DNA of 63,637 nt, filler included, from Octopus bimaculoides (taxonomy: Eukaryota): NCBI RefSeq assembly GCF_001194135.2. It is 6 parts of 5 records of this genome, joined end to end, with 100 filler letters (N's around TTAATTAATTAA, not from the genome) between each part and the next. Parts side by side here need not be neighbours in the genome. Positions count along the whole stretch, not along the records: positions 55,489 to 58,834 come from NC_068985.1; positions 58,935 to 63,637 come from NC_069004.1; 4 more parts are not named here. One strand, written 5' to 3'. Under the pieces are notes generated by a model. It did no database searches. It had not been told where the DNA came from and saw nothing but the letters and a program-made list of their open reading frames with translations. This document shows positions 55,979-63,637 of the stretch, piece after piece. Within the stretch, counting starts at the first letter, position 1. Each line of letters opens with the position of its first letter. A program made the translations under genes and the position numbers.

Positions 55979-56074
55979 GATAACCAGATGATCTCTATGA
56001 CTGTAGATGACCTTTCTTTTCAGTCTCCTAAACTGCCTCAAACCTATTATGTCCGCAGTTGGTGGATGTTTTGA
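55979..56074 (+). CDS. Candidate terminal exon of an unidentified gene (DNQMISMTVDDLSFQSPKLPQTYYVRSWWMF*)
   Basis: tctacag|GAT phase 0, stop TGA at 56072-56074, AATAAA at 56371-56376 downstream. Confidence 0.4.
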   Translation, partial: DNQMISMTVDDLSFQSPKLPQTYYVRSWWMF

Positions 56075-56413
56075 TGGGAGTGTTCCACCAGTAGTTTCTG
56101 TATTATGTATTCAATAACAGCAGCATTGTTTATATTTTTGCAAGTATAGATCTGATTGTATAAACGTGTACATATATATATTTCTTCAAATGAAATATGT
56201 GAAAGCATACCTAAAGAAACTACTTTGTTGTATATGACGGCGTAAGTTGGACTACATTAATACCTTCAAAGACTTAAAAATTATATCTATCGTGTTAGAA
56301 ATTTTAGTTATATGCTGTGAGTGATATACTTTAGACTACCGAATAATATTAGAAAGCTATTTTATCCATTAATAAAATATTGTTGCCAGTTCTGTTCGGG
56401 TTTGATAGCTTCT

Positions 56414-56615
56414 TTAAGGGCGTTGTCTTTTAGACCCAAATTTACATTTGAGCCAATTAAAGAAATCATCATATCTATTATATATGCAACGGCACTTGCA
56501 GTCCCATCTTGAATAGAAATTGTTTGAGTTGCCACCACAACCGAAATAATAAAAGCGTCGGCATGAATGAGTGCGTCGATCGTAGTAGAATTTCCTTTGA
56601 CCACATCGGTGTCTC
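56414..56615 (-). CDS. Kunitz/BPTI-domain protein, terminal coding exon (rest of domain 2 plus tail)
   Basis: Acceptor tttttctag|G in phase 2, in frame with the previous exon. Translates RHRCGQRKFYYDRRTHSCRRFYYFGCGGNSNNFYSRWDCKCRCIYNRYDDFFNWLKCKFGSKRQRP* with canonical FYY...C..F.Y.GC.GN.NNF motifs. Confidence 0.88.
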
Positions 56616-56949
56616 CTAGAAAAAGAAATATAAATCATTCATAAAGGTAATCAACCAAAGATTGCTTTCAAAATATTCTTTTTTTTTTTTTGTTCTTCTT
56701 CTTTTACTGGTTTCAGTCATTTTACTGCAGCCGTGCTGGAGCACCGCCTTGAAGGGTTTTAGTCGAATAAATCAACCCCAGTTCTTATTTTTTAAGGCTA
56801 GTACTTTTTCTATCGGTCTCTTTTAGAACTGCACTTCCCTCACTGACAACGTAGTAAACATATGTTGCTGTACATAGCTTTACACTCCGCCAAGGAACGT
56901 CGTTTAAAATATTTTGAAATAAAGAACATGAAATTAAATTACAAATTAC

Positions 56950-57178
56950 CTTCTACAGTGATGGCAGTAAACTCCTTCATCTAATGGCTGCCTACAGACA
57001 AAGTCTTGAATCACTTCGCGAACACATACTTTTTTACATTGCCGCCTACTGCGGAAGTTGTTTGGATTTCTAGGACAACGGTTCCAAGTTCTCATGCACC
57101 TTCTTCTACCGGAATGATAAAACCAGTAAGGTGAATGACTCTGATAACATCCACCATAGTTACTTGGAAAATTACACA
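56950..57178 (-). CDS. Kunitz/BPTI-domain protein, internal exon (Kunitz domain 1 and start of domain 2)
   Basis: Minus-strand acceptor ctttcag|TG at 57178 (phase 1) and donor AGAAG|gtaatt at 56949. Translates CNFPSNYGGCYQSHSPYWFYHSGRRRCMRTWNRCPRNPNNFRSRRQCKKVC...VCRQPLDEGVYCHHCR. Shows the Kunitz six-Cys pattern with the NNF motif. Confidence 0.88.
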
Positions 57179-58059
57179 CTGAAAGTTTAGAAAATATGTC
57201 CATAATTATTGTAAACATTCAAACTAATACATTACATTTGTTTTCATTGAAAATAGTTATAATATTGGGTTTGTGTGTTTGTTTTGGATATTTAACCAAC
57301 TACGTTAAATAATAAAGGAATAGAATTGAACCAGTGTTTGCGTTAGCAATATTGGCATAATGATGCCCGCTAGATACAATAAAATAGAATATTCATAATT
57401 TTATAAAAGTACAACGACAGCAGCACGGAATTTTGTGAGTGAACAGATATTTTGACAAATTAAATTTAAATCTTGAATTGAATCTAACGGTTTTTGTGTG
57501 TTTTTAAATGACTTATAATGACTTATAATGACTTATAAATGACTTCCACGCTGCAGTTGTGTATANNNNNNNNNNNNNNNNNNNNNNNNNNNNNNNNNNN
57601 NNNNNNNNNNNNNNNNNNNNNNNNNNNNNNNNNNNNNNNNNNNNNNNNNNNNNNNNNNNNNNNNNNNNNNNNNNNNNNNNNNNNNNNNNNNNNNNNNNNN
57701 NNNNNNNNNNNNNNNNNNNNNNNNNNNNNNNNNNNNNNNNNNNNNNNNNNNNNNNNNNNNNNNNNNNNNNNNNNNNNNNNNNNNNNNNNNNNNNNNNNNN
57801 NNNNNNNNNNNNNNNNNNNNNNNNNNNNNNNNNNNNNNNNNNNNNNNNNNNNNNNNNNNNNNNNNNNNNNNNNNNNNNNNNNNNNNNNNNNNNNNNNNNN
57901 NNNNNNNNNNNNNNNNNNNNNNNNNNNNNNNNNNNNNNNNNNNNNNNNNNNNNNNNNNNNNNNNNNNNNNNNNNNNNNNNNNNNNNNNNNNNNNNNNNNN
58001 NNNNNNNNNNNNNNNNNNNNNNNNNNNNNNNNNNNNNNNNNNNNNNNNNNNNNNNNNNN

Positions 58060-58124
<65 letters not shown>

Positions 58125-58555
58125 TGTGTATTTGTGTGTGTGTGTGCGCGCGCGCGCGCGTTGCATGTTATTTTAGTGTTGGTCAATTTTACAATATATA
58201 AGTAGCAGTCTCCCTTCTCTCTTTTGTTGAGGGCAAAAGGCCTTCAGGTGAACTGATGGAACACACACATAACCATACAGACATCATACACACACACACA
58301 CACACACACCGATTTTATCACATCAACAAACAACATACCAACACACATAAATTTCATACTAACATCACAAACATGTACAACGCTATAAAACCTAAATATC
58401 CTGAAGGAGTGAGGTACTCGACTTTGTCTTTTATCCTTTCATTATCGATTAAATAAGTACCAGTTACGCACTAGGGTCGATGTAATCGACTTAACTCCTT
58501 TCCCCAAATGTGGGGGCCTTATGTTTCCAGTAGAAACGATCATTACTACTACAAC

Positions 58556-58629
<74 letters not shown>

Positions 58630-58795
58630 ATGTGTCGGTCGACTCAGTCTCTTGCTGTTTTGGGCTTCATCTCTAGGTGCACAGGATCTTCAAGCAAGTT
58701 ATGACTGACTCGACGACCAAAATAACAAATACTATTAATCTCTACTATTCTATTTACTGCTCTTTCTTCCGACTGTTAACACTAAACGAGCATAT

Positions 58796-58834
<39 letters not shown>

Positions 58835-59202
58835 NNNNNNNNNNNNNNNNNNNNNNNNNNNNNNNNNNNNNNNNNNNNTTAATTAATTAANNNNNNNNNN
58901 NNNNNNNNNNNNNNNNNNNNNNNNNNNNNNNNNNTATATATACATACACACACACACATATATAAAATTATATATACAACCATATAAATACATGCGTTTG
59001 TGTGTGCTTGTGTGTGTGTGTGAATGTATTTGTATGTGTATATACTATATGTGTCTATATATACATGTATATGCATATACACACGTATTTACATAACTCA
59101 CAAACATAAATACAGTTTAAAAAATACATACCTACATATATAGATATATAACATGTACAGATACAAGAATACATACCCACGCAGACGCACACACGCACAC
59201 AC

Positions 59203-59242
<40 letters not shown>

Positions 59243-59601
59243 CGAGTCATTCCTTTGACGCAGTCAACAACCAGAAAAATTACCAGAAAATCAGAAAAAT
59301 AATAATAATGAAATACTCGTTTACAATAAACAAACAGCTTTATCAGAACAAATTGTGACGACTTAATCGACAGATAGAAGCAGGACCCGTCTTAAACCAG
59401 CCAATGGAAACACGATAAAACATGTAGAGGATACACTAGCGTGACAGAATAAAATTCAGTAAAACAAAATATGATAACGTATTCGACAAGTAGAAATAGG
59501 ACTGCTATCGGACAAGTCATTGAAAAGTGATGTAGAGATACCTGTTACTTTTTTTATCGCTTTGGTTTGTTTCAGTGATCGGACTGCGGCCATGTGATAC
59601 A

Positions 59602-59816
59602 CGATCCCTATTGATCGCTCTTTTTTTTTTTTTCGATCCCTTTTGATCGAACTCCCCCCTTTTTTCCTTCCTACGATCCCTTTTGATCGACACACACCCT
59701 TTTTTATTTTTATTTTTTATTTTTATTTTTTTTCTCCTTCCCCCTCCCAAAAAGAAAAGCTCTACATTGTATTTGTCCCATCTTCGTTGAGCCCTGTGTG
59801 GCTAATAAAATAAATG

Positions 59817-59820
<4 letters not shown>
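59602..59820 (-). mobile_element. Inverted copy of the element at 889-1046
   Basis: Same core sequence in reverse complement, next to (TATC)n. Confidence 0.8.
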
Positions 59821-59870
<50 letters not shown>

Positions 59871-60485
59871 ACGGTATTTGTAACACTGATAGCTATGGCA
59901 AAAGAATGCGTGTGGTGGACGCGTTTGAAAGGTCTNNNNNNNNNNNNNNNNNNNNNNNNNNNNNNNNNNNNNNNNNNNNNNNNNNNNNNNNNNNNNNNNN
60001 NNNNNNNNNNNNNNNNNNNNNNNNNNNNNNNNNNNNNNNNNNNNNNNNNNNNNNNNNNNNNNNNNNNNNNNNNNNNNNNNNNNNNNNNNNNNNNNNNNNN
60101 NNNNNNNNNNNNNNNNNNNNNNNNNNNNNNNNNNNNNNNNNNNNNNNNNNNNNNNNNNNNNNNNNNNNNNNNNNNNNNNNNNNNNNNNNNNNNNNNNNNN
60201 NNNNNNNNNNNNNNNNNNNNNNNNNNNNNNNNNNNNNNNNNNNNNNNNNNNNNNNNNNNNNNNNNNNNNNNNNNNNNNNNNNNNNNNNNNNNNNNNNNNN
60301 NNNNNNNNNNNNNNNNNNNNNNNNNNNNNNNNNNNNNNNNNNNNNNNNNNNNNNNNNNNNNNNNNNNNNNNNNNNNNNNNNNNNNNNNNNNNNNNNNTTT
60401 GATCTAAATTATCCCCCCCCCAAAAGCTCTACTTTGTAATTTGTCCATTTTCTGTATTTAGCCCTGTGTGGCTATAATAAAAAGA

Positions 60486-60576
<91 letters not shown>

Positions 60577-61103
60577 ACGCGCAAGTGTTTGTGCGCTCGC
60601 ACAGTTTCTATGTATGGTATGTGCATGTGCGTATGTATGTATGTATGTATGTATGTATGTATGTATGTATGTATGTATAACTTAACCGAGATTATCGAAT
60701 ACGCCGAGGCTACTGTCTCCATAATGACAGCATGGGCCAGATTTACGATGTCTCGTTAATCTGTTCCATAAGAAAGACGCCATGTAAATGCTGGCCGTAT
60801 CTCTGCTGTTTACCGTCAAACGACAGATGTACTAAGTCATGGGTTTATGTTAAATCTAGCGATAACTTAAATAAGAAGCGGCCTTTGGAAAAACATTTAG
60901 CCGTTGTCGTTCAGATTTACGACATGCCGTAAACCTTGGTTATTGGCATTGGATGCAATCAGTGATCACAGTTGATAGGTAAATATTTCTTTGCATGCAT
61001 ACATACTAAGATGCAAACACCCCCCCCCACATATATATACACAAATATACATATATGTATATACATATATATATGTGTATATATATGTATACACATACAT
61101 ATA

Positions 61104-61144
<41 letters not shown>

Positions 61145-62321
61145 NNNNNNNNNNNNNNNNNNNNNNNNNNNNNNNNNNNNNNNNNNNNNNNNNNNNNNNN
61201 NNNNNNNNNNNNNNNNNNNNNNNNNNNNNNNNNNNNNNNNNNNNNNNNNNNNNNNNNNNNNNNNNNNNNNNNNNNNNNNNNNNNNNNNNNNNNNNNNNNN
61301 NNNNNNNNNNNNNNNNNNNNNNNNNNNNNNNNNNNNNNNNNNNNNNNNNNNNNNNNNNNNNNNNNNNNNNNNNNNNNNNNNNNNNNNNNNNNNNNNNNNN
61401 NNNNNNNNNNNNNNNNNNNNNNNNNNNNNNNNNNNNNNNNNNNNNNNNNNNNNNNNNNNNNNNNNNNNNNNNNNNNNNNNNNNNNNNNNNNNNNNNNNNN
61501 NNNNNNNNNNNNNNNNNNNNNNNNNNNNNNNNNNNNNNNNNNNNNNNNNNNNNNNNNNNNNNNNNNNNNNNNNNNNNNNNNNNNNNNNNNNNNNNNNNNN
61601 NNNNNNNNNNNNNNNNNNNNNNNNNNNNNNNNNNNNNNNNNNNNNNNNNNNNNNNNNNNNNNNNNNNNNNNNNNNNNNNNNNNNNNNNNNNNNNNNNNNN
61701 NNATATATATAACATCACGTGTTTTTCTAATTTGTAAATATTGTTTGCTCATGCAAAACATGAAATTGTAAGACACTTTAAGGAAAGAATAAAATACACT
61801 ATTACTGTTGTTTCTGCTCCTATATCTATAACATGATACTCATCTCTATAACATTAGGTTTTATTTTTCTAATTTGTAAATATTGTACTAATGTTTTTTC
61901 ATGCAAAAACAGGAAATTAGAAGAAACCAGACTTTATTTTTCAATGCGAAACATCGAAATTACGCAGTGTAGTCATAAACATATTTCCAAACACATGAGC
62001 TGACAGGCACACATACGTACTGACAGATACTCAGAGACAGACACACGCGTACACACGCAGACTCACATCCATACATATGTATATATATTTAATTTTTCAT
62101 AGAACATCTTATCTTCCTTCTGGCACCTTAAGAAAAAGAAAAAACAAAAATGCTTTCAGTGATGATTGCACTCCATCCTTTTTTTTTTATTATTTTCCCC
62201 ATCCTAAAACTGACATCCTAGAGAGGTCACCATCCTTGAACTCATGTCAATACAATAGTAAATAACTAAATAACTAAATAAATGGTAAATACATGTCAAA
62301 TTGAATAGAAATCCCCCCCTC

Positions 62322-62357
<36 letters not shown>

Positions 62358-62362
62358 TCTAG

Positions 62363-62585
62363 ACACGCGCTGAGAGTGCGACATCTCCGGCTCTACGTAG
62401 ACGATGGTGAACAGGTGTGGTCGCCGTTTGTGAGGCGCGCTTTCCCGCAGCTCGTCTCCATGACCGAACTGCAGTCGTGGATTAAAAAGAGGGCGAGGAA
62501 GGGCGAGTGTTGCAGCACTATCATGGACTCGACATCTCGTCCAACGCTCCAAGAATTCTCTAAGTCCGTCTACTGCTTTAGATTG
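62363..62585. other. GC/CpG-rich candidate coding exon, product and strand unresolved
   Basis: Complex non-repetitive sequence, open in mirror frames on both strands (ORFs 62301-62723 + and 62346-62657 -). Acceptor-like tctag| at 62362 (+) and cttcag| at 62596 (-). Confidence 0.35.
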
Positions 62586-63637
62586 GTACTCCAATCTGAA
62601 GACAATGAAATCAACGTTGATCTCGGCAGGATTCGAAGTCAGAACGCAGTGTGCCAAAACAAACGTGTCAATTTATTATGTGAATCTCAGGAAATTCTTT
62701 TACTTACTGTGTTATTCCCGTAGATTTTAAAAATAATTCTACTCTACTATTGTATATTTTGGATTTATATTTAAATTTTCATTTTCATTTATATAATAAA
62801 TATAATTTTTTGTTTTGTTTTCCTTTTTTGTATAGTTTGCTTTTCTTTATATTTATTTAAGAATGCTTAACTTTTTATTGAAAGAGTAAACGAATTCAAC
62901 TACACAGACATAAGAAAATTTAAAACGTATAAGATTTATCGCATAAACAAACGCTTAACTACATTTTCTAAATTATATAGACAAAATTTTTTGACAAATA
63001 TCTCTTCTTAAAAAAAAAAACATAAAAAAAAAAATATATCTTTAACAATGTATACTTCAAAACTAATAAAATATTAAAACGTTTACAATTACTCTCAAAG
63101 AAGAAAATGTCTTGAAAATACCCTCTGACTTACGCATTTAAATTGATGTCAAAATCATATTTTATACAAGGTTTACTCAGAAATCATTAAAACGCGAAGC
63201 CTAATGATAGGGTCTAATGGAAGACGTTGGTTTCGATTCCCGGTCGGTGCATTCATTTCATTTTGCGTTGCTTCAGTCTGTAAATGAGGTACCCTGCGAC
63301 AGACTGGCGTCTCGTCCCGAGGAAGTGTTGTAATCTCGGTCACTTATACGCCAGGAAACCCATTCCGGTTATTATTGGTGTTCCACTATATTATATATCA
63401 TAATTATGCAGGTGTATAAAGGATGATATATATTGAGTTAGCTATAATTATATGCATGTATGTATGTGTGAGTATATACTACTATTGTTGTTACTTTTGT
63501 ATTAATATCTGTGGGTATGTGTGTATATGTATATCTATGTGCACGCATTTGTGTATATATATATATTTATATATGCACACACATATATGTAGGTTTGTGT
63601 ACGTGTGTTTCTGTTTTATATATATATATATATATAT

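Noticed and set aside
57310-57400. Hydrophobic minus-strand text as the Kunitz signal-peptide exon
   Set aside because: No in-frame ATG with a phase-1 donor could be built.

Overview
Repeat-rich animal genomic DNA from a gapped short-read assembly. It is most likely a coleoid cephalopod (Octopus-like), inferred from the SINE families and very high microsatellite density. Main content: (1) four + strand exons of an AMPA-type ionotropic glutamate receptor (17551-17763, 17906-18252, 20147-20345, 25748-25995; S1, M1-M2, M3, S2). They splice in frame, use one GC-AG intron, and carry an unedited Q/R-site codon (CAA) and a genomically encoded Gly at the R/G position. Neither the upstream ATD exons nor the downstream S2-end/M4 exons are visible in the readable sequence. 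(2) A minus-strand two-exon fragment of an atypical, Arg- and Cys-rich double-Kunitz protein (56414-57178). (3) A CpG-depleted domain (~43-55.5 kb) containing candidate small + strand exons of an unidentified gene that converges on the Kunitz gene. (4) Transposon relics: Tc1 DD34E, RLE-type non-LTR, Penelope-like fragments, piggyBac- and Tc1-type MITEs, many tRNA-derived SINEs, and several long inverted repeats that could form dsRNA. Most entries in the ORF track are microsatellite or N-gap artefacts.
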